From assembly GCA_051362555.1 (NCBI GenBank), contig CM120640.1, positions 19,840,001-19,904,000 of the forward strand: a stretch of 64,000 nt of DNA, read 5' to 3'. The translations under genes and the position numbers were made by a program. Origin of the DNA: Lingula anatina (Eukaryota > Animalia > Brachiopoda). The notes under the pieces were generated by a model. The model did not search any database. It saw nothing but the letters and a program-made list of their open reading frames with translations, and was not told where the DNA came from. Shown piece by piece: positions 1 through 13,348 of the stretch (the stretch's first letter is position 1; every line of letters begins with the position of its first letter).

Positions 1-1024
1 GATTTACATAAGAAAGTCGCCTATATATAGCCCCATCCCGACAAAATCAATAAAAAATGGAATATCAGTGATTAGTGTATTGGGGCTTGTGACAGAGAGT
101 ACAACCCCTCGTGGCGTAATCACATGTCAGAATAGCAGTTGTGAATGGTAGTCCTAGGAATGCAGGACCGGGGGCCTATATGATTAGAACAGGTTAGATT
201 AGTCGAAGTATTTGGGTTAAAGTATGGGACGAACGTCACCTGTACAAATTAATGTGGAACGGACTACAGTTCCTAGCAGACTACCATTTCTATCACACCT
301 GCCAAATACAGGCAGTGTTGAAATATATCGCTAGCGGTCTCTTTTGAGAAGACCTACAGAGTACTTACACTAGATGGGGCGTAACTCGCTTTCACAAGTT
401 TGCTTGCTACTGTAAGGTGGAAATTCTGACATAAGCATGCGCACCATGACACAATACAAATATGTCGAACAACGAGCATAGCGCAGTGAGTGGGTCGTGT
501 CGAGTGCGGGAGCTCCGTTTAAGCGATTCTCGTTCATAATAGCCAGGCTATTAATAAGCTGCCAATCTATCAAAACAGAACGTTAAAGATGTAACGCTAC
601 GCAATGAACTTTTCTGCAGACCTCTGAAAAACAAAACGTGGTCTGTTACTGGCTGTTTCGCCAAATACAAAAGTCAAGAAGTATATAGATGACAAACTTA
701 CGAACGAACCTCTGTATGAATGAGATAACGCAAAAGTATGTTACAATAACCGAACTTAAGTTCCGCTTGCTGACACAAGCAACCGTAAGATGACGAAAAC
801 GTTGTGAAATAGCGACCACGAAAAGCTGCGTTATTAACTCAAGAATATTACTGGTCAAGAGCATAGTGGCGCGCGACCTTGATTACAATCAGTTGGAATA
901 TTAAGGAGCTGTCAAAACAGCGTCAATGAAAAGGTGAGTGTTTGCTCGGACTCTCAGGAGCGACATGTACGTTGCCGGTCCTTTCATTTCATTCGTCCTA
1001 GAGCTACCCTAGAGCGGACTTGCG

Positions 1025-1920
1025 TCTCATTTGCATACATTAGTTTCACATAAGAAGTTTAAAGGTGATAGACAAACAAAGTTAAGTAATAGTAGGTCAC
1101 ACTGGAGAAAGCAAGTTAGAAGTTGTTCACTTTTCATTGGTTACCAAGCTGTTAAGTACATCAACATCAACCAGCTCACCGCCCGAGAAGCTTCACCTGA
1201 CCTAGGTACTTTGTAAGAAATATTATACCCTCTAGCAGGGACACAAATTGGTTTTCACTGCATTCTTACAGATGTGTCTCTAGCTTAATCGTGGCACATT
1301 TCTCAAAAGTGCAAATAATTAATCTGCGGCCCTGGTAAGAAGCAGAAACACTATATACCCATACTAACCATAGCATCGTACTTCAGTTTATTCATGAAGT
1401 ATGATGTCGCCATCCCCTTGTAGATGGTGAACCACAATGTGCCTTGGAACTGATCCCCAGCGTCCAATAACACCACGTTCTGTTCAGCGTTACGAATTTC
1501 CTCGATTTTAGTGTATCTTCGTGCCACTCCCCCGAAACATTCCCCCGCTTCTGCCTCTGTTTCCGAGCACCTGCCTCCATACTTGTCAAATTGTTCAAAC
1601 CGTGCATGAACATCGTTGGTGTGTAAAATAGTCAAATTAAATCCATAGCTTAGAGCGAAACATGTAAAGTAGAAACCGATTTTGACGAGCGTCTCCATCT
1701 TTCCGTCTCCCAGTATTTATAACTAAGGCGAGTGTGCTTTGTTTGGTCACGGTTTCACTTAATATGCTAACCGTACCTCGAGTTCAAATAAGCTACCCGC
1801 ATGACTCTACACACTCCCTCTACACCGCCTCTTCCGATGTCACCGCGTCATGGTTAATCTACAGTTTCCCCCCTGAAACTGTCACGTATCATAATTGCAT
1901 AACAAAAGAAATACATAACA
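1025..1920. repeat. Segmental duplication (start of intron 1, exon 1 and promoter of NT5E), paired with ~12478-13562
   Basis: Directly alignable by eye. A more diverged homologous block also lies at ~3125-3300 versus ~13855-14040. Confidence 0.9.
1369..1698 (-). CDS. NT5E: Ecto-5'-nucleotidase (CD73-like), tandem copy 1, first coding exon only; the rest of the gene is expected beyond the left window edge
   Basis: Signal peptide followed by metallophosphoesterase motifs LTILHTNDVHAR and LLDAGDQFQGT. Phase-0 GT donor after ...KYDAM. 10 nucleotide differences in 330 from the exon at 13019-13348. Confidence 0.88.
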
Positions 1921-2318
1921 TGTACGGCTAATTAAAGTTGGGGTCTTTAAAAAATCACTGTGGTAACACAAAGGACAGTGAAACAATTTGCATGTTCAGA
2001 CCTTGAAGCAAAATTAGAGCTCGACTAAGAAAGAAAGTGAGGTCAACTCTGCATGATCTTGGACAAATAATACGACGTTCCATCTCTGATGACGCAGAGA
2101 TAACTATTAGCATCCTGGTGACCGACAATAGATGAGGTATTATAATTATATCATTAGAGTTGTAACTTTTGTCCTTGTTAGCATCCTGTCGTATCCAGTT
2201 TCAGGGTCACTTAGTTCCATCTTGGACCCATTACAACGTAAAACACTATTAATAGTAATGTTCCAATGGTATTTGTACTTGAAATCTTGACAAAAAGTTT
2301 CACAGAAGTAACCTTTTT

Positions 2319-2353
<35 letters not shown>

Positions 2354-3486
2354 GAGGGGGGGCGGTGGAGTGGGGATGGAGGGTTGTAGGCATAGTGGGC
2401 TCGCGATAGACTGTTTACTTTAGAGGGGATAACGTCGAACAAACCATTTCATATACAAATCCATTCGTTTTATTCGACAAAGTTGAAACCGCTTATAACA
2501 TGTCAATCCTATTAGGAGTAAAAACGCGGAAATCATTTCCGGGCAGAGGTACTGAGCTTGATAGCAAATTACGTAGCTTATAGTTTTTTTTTCTGTTGTC
2601 AGCCCAACTATCAGATGGATCAATCTCATCATTGACCATTGTCATTTTATTATCATTCATTTGGGTCCGTTGAGTTACCCGAAATTCGCTTTTCTAGCAT
2701 TTCCTCGCCCTCGACATACATGTGGGCTTGTAGATTTAAGTATGGAAATATATCGTAGACTACTATACAATAAATTTCCATGATGTAAGCGTGCGGTCAT
2801 TAAATTTTGAGTCCGATACAATTAGTTTGTAACGGACCACTGAAGAGTACGATTTCTCCAATTAGCGCGCTTACCTTCTTTTAAACTTACATGCCCAGCG
2901 AATATACTTGTGGTTATAAAGTTTCTTTACTTCATGGCGGGACTTATTAATGATTAGGGTTATAACGTATTAGCTTTGTTTTCTTAGAAAACAATTAATA
3001 TCCAAAATTATGACATATTTTACTTTCTTGCGGAGGGTATCGATCATGGCGGTCTAACCGTTTAGTCGAGGGAGGTTTATTGCGCTGGGATGGGTATGGA
3101 CGCATAAATAGGAAGGGGTACGACGGATGAAAAAATTCTATTGGTCATGTACGTGTATTACCATATGAGTAATGTCCGACTGCAAATATTGCATGATATC
3201 GACTTGTCACATGTTCGTTAGCTACAATGGAAATAATCTTAGGTGAAACTTTTTGTCGGGAATGCCAATTTAGAAAGCAATATAAAAGTGACGCACTGCT
3301 ATGCAATAGTCGACAGAATTTGAGAAAAAGTCAGCATTCAATACTGCACCGCAATCGCCATCCTTCCATTATTTCTTACCTCAATCTCCTTCAAAACCCA
3401 CGAAGTCGGGAGACGATGGTGTATATCAGTTGATTTCAATTATGATTTTTTTTCAGCTTTGATCTAACAGGATCGAACCAACTCCG

Positions 3487-3698
3487 AGGAGTTTCTCACT
3501 AGATTGCTTTCAGTTTAAGCGGCTTAGATGTCTGTCACGCCTACTGAGGCTGCTAAACGATAATTAATTACCCCCTAGCCCCTTGAGTAGGCGTGACAGA
3601 CATCTAAGCCGCTTATGTCGATTGCAATTTAGCAAGGATCCCCTAGGATGTAGTTCCACCCACAGTTAGTACGACAGGGTCTGGGAATGGTCCCTTAG
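3487..3698. mobile_element. Foldback/MITE-like palindromic element (family also at 20734-20990)
   Basis: Inner inverted repeat TAAGCGGCTTAGATGTCTGTCACGCCTACT...AGTAGGCGTGACAGACATCTAAGCCGCTTA; the end GGGAATGGTCCCT is shared with the second copy. Confidence 0.65.
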
Positions 3699-4599
3699 AC
3701 CCTTTTCCCTTTTACAAAAGTAGGACATATACAAGACCAGTAACAGAATTACGAATGTTAAACCCGTTTTCGATATCTTAGTTTCTACACTTTACTTTTA
3801 CTCGTAGTTTTACGTCACGTAATGGAGATAATAATAGTTGAATTTAAGCCGTGACGGTAAAAAACAGTCATGTTTAGGATATATAAAAATAATTGCTGGG
3901 TTTTTTTTCTAAAAGATCCCAATGCGCATTGTATGGCTTTCAAAATATTGCTGGGGACCCTTATCCACGCGCTCAAATTTGTGTCTCTCTCTCCTGAATA
4001 ATTCAAGCAAGCAAGTATTTTCTCTTCGTTTTGCTGTTACACCCGAATTTCATTGGAAAAAGCGGGGGTGTTCCGTTACATATATGATGACTCGGCGACA
4101 AACGCTTCACTACTAAAAAATAAAGTCGAAACCAGATTTTGAGGCACCGGCGTGCATAAAAAGCTTTAAACACTTTTGATGTGAGCAATCGTCTAGGAGG
4201 TGACATGGAAGGTGTAGGGCACATGCCCAGTACGCCACTTGAAGGGGGTGCAATTTTGTGATGGAGTTATCGTGGTATTGAATGTCAAGCGTTGAGGCAG
4301 GGGGCGGACTGGGACGAGATTTAAGAGCTTGTCAAATGTAATATGATCACTGAAGCATTTCATAAATAGCATGCAGACTTGAGGAATATTTTTTTTGTCA
4401 TCAAAAAGCATGAGATTTGACTGTAGGCTTATATGGACGGCAAACCGATGTATTCCGTTAAAAAATTGTCATCAGAATCTGATTCACTGGGGGGCTCAAT
4501 ATTATATAAATGACTTTTCACCCAATTCTTGGGCGAATAAAACGTTTTGTTCGTCTAAGGCCGAATACACCCATGACACAGTTGCTCTAAATTAACGCA

Positions 4600-4634
<35 letters not shown>

Positions 4635-4897
4635 CGCGTAACGTATACATGTTTGTTTAGTTCTGGTTCGATAAAGCCAATGACAAATACAAAAAGGTTA
4701 AATTTCTTTCAAAGAGACAATACAATGAATTGTGCGGCTAAAACATTTTTCCTCGTTATATATAAACATATAGGCCCCTATACACGGTGCATTTCTATCT
4801 AGAGCATCGATATTACAAATCCGGCGTACATTTCTGTCTATCACTAAATGCGCATTCCTCTCGAAAACGCCAAAAGTTTCTAATACAAATCCCATCT

Positions 4898-7800
4898 TTA
4901 AAGTAAAACGACATTAAAGCATTTTCTTAAAGTCAGTGCAAACAATATCAACATAAGGGTTGGTGCAAGTGTGAATGCTTTACTGGTTGTACACGTCATT
5001 TCTTCTGAAGACATCCTGATTCGGCCTTCTAATCCTTGATATATCGGAGAGTACTTTTGGATAAAGTCCATTATAACATCTGAATCTAGATCGTCTGGAA
5101 TCGTAAATTCAAAGAATAGCACCATTAGAAAAACGAGAAATGGACAAGCAAACATTCATTTCATAATAAGACTTATATCCAAAATGACCATCCATCTATC
5201 TAGAGACATATCTGTGAATATCTGTGAAAAATCTATCAGTCGCCCTGGTAGAAGGTAGGCATACTTCGTTTGTGCAAATTACTAGAGTAAGAGTACGAAG
5301 GATATGCAGCGGGGAACCGTTATATATAGGGTTGCTGACATATGATTTTTACAGCTTTGAGAACTGTGAAATGACTTATACCCAAAATGACCATCTATCT
5401 ATCTAGAGACATATCTGTGAATATCTGTTTAAAATCTATCAGTCGCCCTGGTAGAAGGTAAAGTATGCCCAGGGCAGGGTTTTACCGTTATAATTAGAAT
5501 AAAAGCTAACAAGCTGTCAATGGCAATTCATTCCTATGACAAACCTTCAAACTTAAAATATCACACAAGAAGTTTTTATAGTGGTATTTTAGATAAAAAT
5601 CTTAACCTTTCCTTAAGAAGTAATAATTATTATTATAAAACGTTTTACCTGGTATTTTCCTTTTTTTTTTTCTTTTAACCGAAAGCATAACATACTCAGG
5701 ACCTACCTATTCCATACGGAAATACAATATTGTCTTTTAAAACGTCATATGCATCTCCTCCTCCTATTAAGAAAGTGGTGGTGACCACATCGTATGATTT
5801 TGTCTTAACGAGGGGTTGGAACTCGGGGACTGTACAGTCAGCGCACCTGACGTTAATGCTGACCACTCGACTGCCCACTGGCTTAGACAGGTCATACACA
5901 ACTCGAAGACCTGAAGATAAATACACATGTAATGACTCTTAAAGCTCAAAATAAACAGAAAGCAATATTTATTAAATATTAAATATGGACAAGAATGACA
6001 CCGGTGGCAGATCCAGAAGTTGACGATTTGACAATGGAAAATGCGCAGGTGACAGCCACCGGTACTTTGTTTTTGCCTCTTATATTATACGTTATTTGTT
6101 GACGAAAACTTTTTGCCATGGTCTAAAACATGTAATATAGGACAACCATGAAAATGTGCTGAGTGTGCCTATACAAAACCGATTGTCTATTTAAATATGA
6201 AATGTCTTACCAGAGACCTGTAAGAAACGACCGCTTCTCTTCTCGTATTCAGAAACAGAATGTTCCATGAGTTCCCAAAGCGTACTTCCACTTATCCTGA
6301 CGATGTCTACACCATTCCCGAATGGTGCGGCACTCAGTACGTCTGACACGTAAATGTCACCTGGCGAACAAAAAGTGAATTGTTTTATAACATGATGCTA
6401 TTTGTGATGATATTTATCACAATTGTACAAAAAATAAAATAAAATAAATAAATAAATAAAAAAAATAAATAAAAAAGAAAAAAAAAAAACAAGGAAAAAT
6501 AGTCAAACCAATTCATGCATGGTCGTTGAAACAATTTCACAAACACTGCTTACCATTTGCTATATTGTCACAAAGATAAAAAACAAACACCACAAACGAA
6601 CACAACATGATCGTAGGAACCAATTAAGTGAGCTCGAGGTGTAAAGGCACATTTTGGACCCTGGTACTAAAGCCCCTGTAGCATGAAAATCTGACTCCCC
6701 CAGTCAAAATTTCATAATGAAAATCTGACTCCCCCATGAAATTTTGACTCCCCCTCAAAGAAATTATATTAATTATTAATCTTATTTTATTTGAGTATAT
6801 AACTTTTATCTTGTAGTATGCATAATAGAGGATACATTGGCACTTTTTGAAAATTTTCATGATAAAATAAGAAGATTAAAAATGTGTATTTTTCCACCCA
6901 ATAACTCCCATGAAAAGTTATGGGAGTCCAAATCCTACAGGTAGTAGGATTATTTGAGTATATAACTTTTATCTTGTAGTATGCATAATAGAGGATACAT
7001 TGGCACTTTTTGAAAATTTTCATGATAAAATAAGAAAATTAAAAATGTGTATTTTTCCACCCAATAACTCCCATGAAAAGTTATGGGAGTCCAAATCCTA
7101 CAGGTAGTAAGATGAATACTTGTTTCAAGAAATTTCACCAAAATTTTCACCACTAAATTTTCAAATACTAACAAAATATATGTCACAATGCAAACCATGT
7201 GGAAAACAATTGTATGATGACTAAATATAAAATAGGCCCTTTCTTCATGGGAGTCCGAATCCCATGGGTATAAATATGAAGATTTTTCATGATTTTTCTT
7301 TTCATTTTTTGCACCCAATAGTTTACCAACAACTTTCAAATATTTTCAATATATTCTTCATAAAGTATACTTAAGGGAAAGATGTTGAAATGATCACCAA
7401 ATATCAGATAAACAGCTTTTTCATAGGGGAGTCATTGGGTGGTAAAATACACATTTTGAATATTCTTATTTTCTTTCTTATTAAAATTTTCACCTGCAAA
7501 CTAACAAAAAGTGTCAATGTATCCTCCATTACGCATTAGCCATATACTAAAAAAAAAATAAGATATACTAAGTTTTGCGGGGGGAGTCAAAATTTCATTG
7601 GGGGATTCACATTTTCATTATGAAAATCTGACTGGGGAGTCACATATTTCGGGGAGTCAGATTTTCATGGTACACCCCCTTTACACTGGATGGCGTCCTC
7701 TCTGCGTCCAGTAGTGCAGCACCGTTTGAGAATAAAAAATACTTTACATGAAGACAGCTGGCCGATTATTGAGCATTCATTTAGCAACCAAAGCGATGAG

Positions 7801-10800
7801 TGTGCCTCCTTTCTACGGGGACAGAGATGTCAGTTTCATGGTCGCATAAAGGACGCAGAAAGGACGCTCTCCAGTGTAAAGGGGGTTTAAAGGAGTTTGG
7901 TTGTAACATGTAGTCCTACAGAGAATGGCAGGAGTCATAAGTAATACCAATATCGATTGGTGCTCGTATATCGCCGCTGTTCCACAGGCCAATGGAGGCA
8001 TTCGTCCATCTCGTTCCATCAGTGGGTTTCAAGTAGGTGTCAACTAAGGCGTCTGCTATCAGATTACCTGGGAAACGTACAGAAAGATGATGCAAATCAC
8101 TATTTCGTTTGACTTTTCATTCTAAAATGCGCGAATTGTAGAAAATTTAAACTTCATGATATTGTCGGGACTCAAGCGAAATGAAAAATTGGTAACAATT
8201 TTGAAGCCCTTCAGTCAAAATCTGCCCAAGCAACACCAAAATAATAAAAAGAAGGCAGTAAAGCTGTCCAATGCACAGACAACAACAACAACAACAAAAA
8301 ATAAATAAATAAAATAAAAATAAAATAAAATAAAATAAAATAAAATAAATAAATAAAGCTGGTTTGCCAGTTTGAGCTGTATGTCGATCTTTCTTGTAAG
8401 TTATAAGATAATAAGTAACACAGTTTTCCTTTTATCAATTTTGTTGCAGTGTCACATCATGCTTAAAGCGTATAATCACCATAAATTTTAAATTACGCAC
8501 TGCAGGTAACATAGATATTAAGAAAATGTGACTAGCAAAGGTCTTCCTTTCCATGGAAATTCAAAGTCACACCTTAAAAAATGCCAATATGAACACAAGT
8601 ACTGAAATGTCTTACTTTCTTTTTCAATACTTATTACATAATACAAAATAACCAGTTTGCTTTCATTTTTAAATGAACTAAAAAAAAACCAAAACAAAAG
8701 GTAACACGGGTTTCATTTTATTTGTAAAACGGTGGATGAAAAATGCTGAAAAGGCAAAAAGAGTGCAACTTTTGGAAAAATGGTCCGATCAGCCTGATTT
8801 TCGAACTCGACATATTCATCAGTTCCGTAAGTTTGAAGACAAACGGTAAAACGGTTTTTATTTTATTTGTATAACGGTGTATAAAATAGACTAAAAACAC
8901 TGTAACTTTTGAAAAATGCTCTGATCAGGCTGATTTTCGACCTCGATCTGTATTTTATGAATATTCATTAGTTCCGTATGTTTAAAGACAGAAGGTAATT
9001 TGGTTTTCATGTTATTTATATTACACTGAAAGTGCACGGCGACGGTGACGACAGACACAGGCGACCGCTATATGCACAGGCACATCTGTGTCTGAACATT
9101 TCATTTTATTCATGCTTAACAGTTACAACAAAAATTGTTTACGATATATTTAAGAAAGAATATCACATATGTTTACCTAAAACACATTCAGCCAGGCGGC
9201 ATTTCGCATTATCCATGAAGACCAGGCTGTAACCTATCTTTTGTGAACCATATGCTGTAACTCGTTGTTGCCACGGTTGCATCTCTGATAGTGTAGCATT
9301 ATCTAAAATGAGAAACAAAGATGTATAATAAATCGCAATAAAACTCCCATAGTTATGCGTTTTCACGGTGGAATAAGTTATTTCCTCTATTTGAACAGGA
9401 GTATATTATTATTATCAAAGGTATCGTACTTTTTGTCCTAAAAGTTCACTAGGATGTCTATTCTTGAAAACCACGTGAAAAAGCAAATAAAAATTGCTTT
9501 CAAGCTTTTAAGCTTTCACTGAGACAAGTGGAAACAAAAAGCGATTGAAATCCTTACAAAGAATTTTGAACCCTCACAAAGAATTTTGAATAACTTGCAG
9601 AATTTATGGAACTGGAAAATTGATGTGAGCGACTCAGAAATTTTTCCTGCAAATGTCAAATATGCGGTCAAATTAAATGTCCGTTACGATTACAATTTTG
9701 CAGAAAGGTGGGTTATGTTCCATTTACCTACGTTTCGAAAAAATCCTGCAAACGGTTTAATATTAGGCACAGTTTCTCAAACTACCAAACATTTCTTTGC
9801 CACCAATGATGTGAATCTTTGCATTAACCTTCCGTAATGTTTTTATCCAGTAGAAAGGGGTTACCAGTCCATGATGTCACAATACCCGCTGCATCGAACG
9901 TTACACGTAAGTGCCCCAAATATTTAGCCATCCAAAAGTCAGAAACCAATAACACTTTGCCACCAGACGCCTGGGTTATAACGGTTGGGTACTCGCCTTC
10001 GGGGATTTCTTTATCTGGTGGGGTACCTGTGCACAAATAATAAGGTATATTTACACTAGTATTGAAGTGTCTATTGAGAGAGAGAGAGAGAGAGAGAGAG
10101 AGCGTAACTTTTATCACCGAAAGATGCTTTGACTGATATTTTGCATTGGATGGGGTTCTTTCAAAAGAGAGAGAGAGAGAGAGAATTTACTTACCGGTAT
10201 AAAGAAATGTGTTACTGTGCCCGCCAACGATTATATCCACTCCTGACACTTGTTCAGCAATCTTTTTATCCACAGAAAACCCAGAATGTCCCAATGCAAT
10301 GATTTTATTAATACCCTGTGACGTTAATCGTTCGACCTCTGCTTGAACAGCCGAAACCTCGTCGGTAAAAATCAAGTTACCTGGAAGTAAACATAAAATA
10401 TTGTCAAATGTTGAAATTTACAAGTCTCTTCTTAATTTTCGAAATTAAACTCAGGCTTCAAGACTGGGGCCAATTTAACGAGTAACATCTGCCACTGTTT
10501 TAATTTTGTGTGTGCGCCCATACATCAGCAGGACTGATAAGAGCATAATTAAATATGAAGATTTGCAGGACAACATATTAATACATGTAGGTAGATACTT
10601 TTATACATAACAGTAGGCTACATAACAGAATGTAATAATAATAATTATTATTATCAAGTTACACTTTTAAGTAACTATGCGGACAGTAAAATGCTCATTT
10701 TGTAGTTTGAGTTAGGAGGGTTTTACCTGGGCTTGATATGGTCGGTGTGGCCTTATATGTGTAACCGACAACCCCTATCTTCTCTCCGGCCACATCTAAT

Positions 10801-13348
10801 ACTGTTGACTTGTTGAACAGTCCTTGTATTTCTGGAACGTTACTGGCGTCGATATTGGTACTTAAAACAGGGAATGTGACATTTTGAAGAAAAGGAAGAA
10901 GGCCGCTAACCTTATTATCAAACTCATGATTGCCTAATGCCTGAAAGAATGTTAAATACATCTTAATCATAATTAGGTTTCACAGTATACGTTAAAATTT
11001 AGACATATTCATCCGATCTGATTGTATCTGTTCATCTCATTCTGAGACACAATTTTTAAAGTTCCACAGAAACCACAGAAAATGGACGCGTGATTGCTAG
11101 CCCCCAATGCTGCCGATCTTTACATCATGGTGGTCACTTCATTCAGAAGCATTACGCCTACTTACTGGAATTAAACTAATATAAGGGTTCATTCTCATTG
11201 AAGTTATCGTTCTACGTAGATCGATCCAACTCCTAGGGCATTCTCGCTGAATACAATGTGTTGAACAGATAAACACGACTCCTCTTGTTTCCATGGTATT
11301 CGTATCATCACCAGCTTTTCTGTATTCTACTCAATGGCAGAAGGAAGAGTGTTAATCTGTTAAAATCTCTTCCTGCACCTAAATATTCAATCATTATTTG
11401 ATGTTTTAATGATTGAAAACAATAAGAATAACCTCTAAAATATGAAATGTCAGCGTTTATATTTCTGGTTGCCTAGCATAAGCATACATGTGGCACCCCA
11501 AAACGTTTATCGTCTTATTCATGTATTTTGAGATGAAATAGCAATCGGTATGGGACGTATATCCATCCCTGAACAAGCCCTTATCACAAAATTGGCATAG
11601 GTGAGGACAAATGTATCCCGTGCCGTCATTTTGGTTTAATTTTATTCATGAAGAAATGAGTTTAAAGGCTTTTTTGCCTTATTTACGATAAAACCTGAAC
11701 TAAGGCTTTTACAAAAATTCGCTGGCACGGCTTTGAAGTACTCAGTGGCGTGAAAACTGTTCGCGAGTGCTCAGGTAAAGGAGAAACCGATTTTGCGGGG
11801 TTTTCCCCCTAAAATGGCAATTATGACATCATCGGTAAGCTTACATTTGTGTAAATGCTAAGGAATATAGTCAGTGAACATTGGCGGTTTATCAATTATC
11901 CAAAAAATGAATGTAAAACAGTAGACAATAAGGAGTTTTTAGGCTAATCCTGACAGTACCTTTAATGTCAGTTGCTGTGTTGGCTATCTCAATTAAATAT
12001 CTATAAAAAGTAGAGGAACACCCAATGTTTTATCATATTTTATCTAGCACAGCCCCTCACTGACCCTAGGTGTATATTCAAATGGCATGCAATTTGACTC
12101 GGATCTTCTTGTTGAGCCGGGATTAATAAAGCCATGTGCGTAAGGGCTAACAGCGTTACTTAAGTAGTTTTCTATCGTTTTCAAAAGTGATCAAATGCGT
12201 GCGGACCTGGATAAGAATGCACTGCCATCACGGCAAGTCATCAATCATCAAATCCCACAAAAGTGTGATTTATTTTCGTTAAAACATTTTCAGTTGTACT
12301 TGATATCTGGACGTTCCAGCTGACCTGTGGTAGAGAAACGGGTATTGTTTAACTCGCGTCAATTATCACTCATCAAAAATGCATAAGTTATTTTATTATC
12401 GTTTTCATTAATTTTTACACTCATCTATGTACATATGTATATAGACCATTTTTAAATTCTGTGCCCCATTTCAGCATCTTATTTGCATATATTAGTTTAC
12501 ATAAAAAATTTAAATGTGAGAAACAAAGTTTTGTACTACTAGTAGACTCGTACTACTAGTAGACTCGATGAAAAGCAGGCCCGTAGCCGGGGGGGGGGGG
12601 GGGGGGGGGGTCTGGGGGTTCGAAAGAACCACCCTTTTGCTGGGAAAAGGTCCACTCTGGGTACACTATGTACTTGAGGATTTTATGGTAAAAGGTCCAC
12701 TTTTTCAGAAAACGACCCCCCTCTAAAATCGCTGGCTACGGGCCCGAAAAGAAAACAAGTTAGAAGTTACTCACTCTTCGTTGGTTATAAAATCAACCGA
12801 CACTTTACCCGAGAAGCTTCACCTGACCTAGGTGGTATGCTAGAAATAATATACCCTCTACCATCGCTACGGATTCATTTTACTACATACTCACAAATGT
12901 CTCTCTAGCTAATTCATGGCTCATTTCTCCACTGTGGACAACAGTGCAAATAATTTTAATTAAAATTAAAATCTGCGGCCCTGGTAAGAAGGCAGAAACA
13001 TTATATACCCATACTAACCATAGCATCGTACTTCAGTTTATTCATGAAGTATGATGTCGCCATCCCCTTGTAGATAGTGAACCACAATGTGCCTTGGAAC
13101 TGATCCCCTGCGTCCAATAACACCACGTTCTGTTCAGCGTTACGAATTTCCTCGATTTTAGTGTATCTTCGTGCCACTCCCCCGAAACATTCCCCCGCTT
13201 CTGCCTCTGTTTCCGAGCACCTGCCTCCATACTTGTCAAACTGTTCAAACCGTGCATGAACATCGTTGGTGTGTAATATAGTCAAATTAAATCCATAGCT
13301 TAGAGTGAAAAATGTAAAATAGAAACCAGTTTTGACAAGCGTCTCCAT
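4898..13348 (-). CDS. NT5E: Ecto-5'-nucleotidase (CD73-like), complete 9-exon gene, 574 aa, probably GPI-anchored
   Basis: Exons 13019-13348, 10727-10940, 10195-10380, 9829-10026, 9177-9302, 7948-8067, 6211-6360, 5707-5910, 4898-5094. All introns are GT-AG and phase-compatible; total 1725 nt. Motifs DVH, GDQFQG, LGNHEFD, IALGHSG, VGGHSNT, CR..EC.LGNLIADA, PFGN, FLQVSG, GGGD; hydrophobic C-terminal tail. Confidence 0.95.
5174..5459. repeat. ~85-bp direct repeat in the last NT5E intron (5174-5257 and ~5375-5459)
   Basis: CCAAAATGACCAT...TAGAGACATATCTGTGAATATCTGT...CGCCCTGGTAGAAGGTA occurs twice; a related motif lies at ~13690-13756. Confidence 0.8.
6677..7674. mobile_element. Non-autonomous TIR element, Ginger-like (TGT...ACA termini, CCCC flanks)
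   Basis: Left end TGTAGCATGAAAATCTGACTCCCC; right end reverse complement TGTACCATGAAAATCTGACTCCCC. Subterminal repeats and a 163-bp internal tandem duplication (~6785-7110). Confidence 0.7.
8247..9100. mobile_element. Helentron-associated (HINE/DINE-1-like) non-autonomous element, short copy
   Basis: Homologous to 28678-30540: 5' AAGGCAGTAAAGCTGTC, degenerate tandem units (CTGATTTTCGAAC...), GACGAC microsatellite, 3' hairpin CAGGCACATCTGTGTCTG. Confidence 0.65.
12576..12746. mobile_element. MITE with 5-bp TSD (AAAAG)
   Basis: TIR CAGGCCCGTAGCC...GGCTACGGGCCCG. Absent from the paralogous intron near 1105-1115. Second copy at 35019-35186. Confidence 0.8.

Noticed and set aside
1-1020. CpG-rich segment in intron 1 of NT5E copy 1, possibly a transposon
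   Set aside because: No termini, TSD or coding motif is identifiable within the window.
6624-7339. Repeated ORFs MKIFKKCQC...
   Set aside because: By-product of the 163-bp tandem duplication in the Ginger-like element.
11640-11965. TTAAAGG...CCTTTAA-bounded segment suggestive of a Kolobok/Crypton-type element
   Set aside because: The inverted match does not extend beyond 7 bp.
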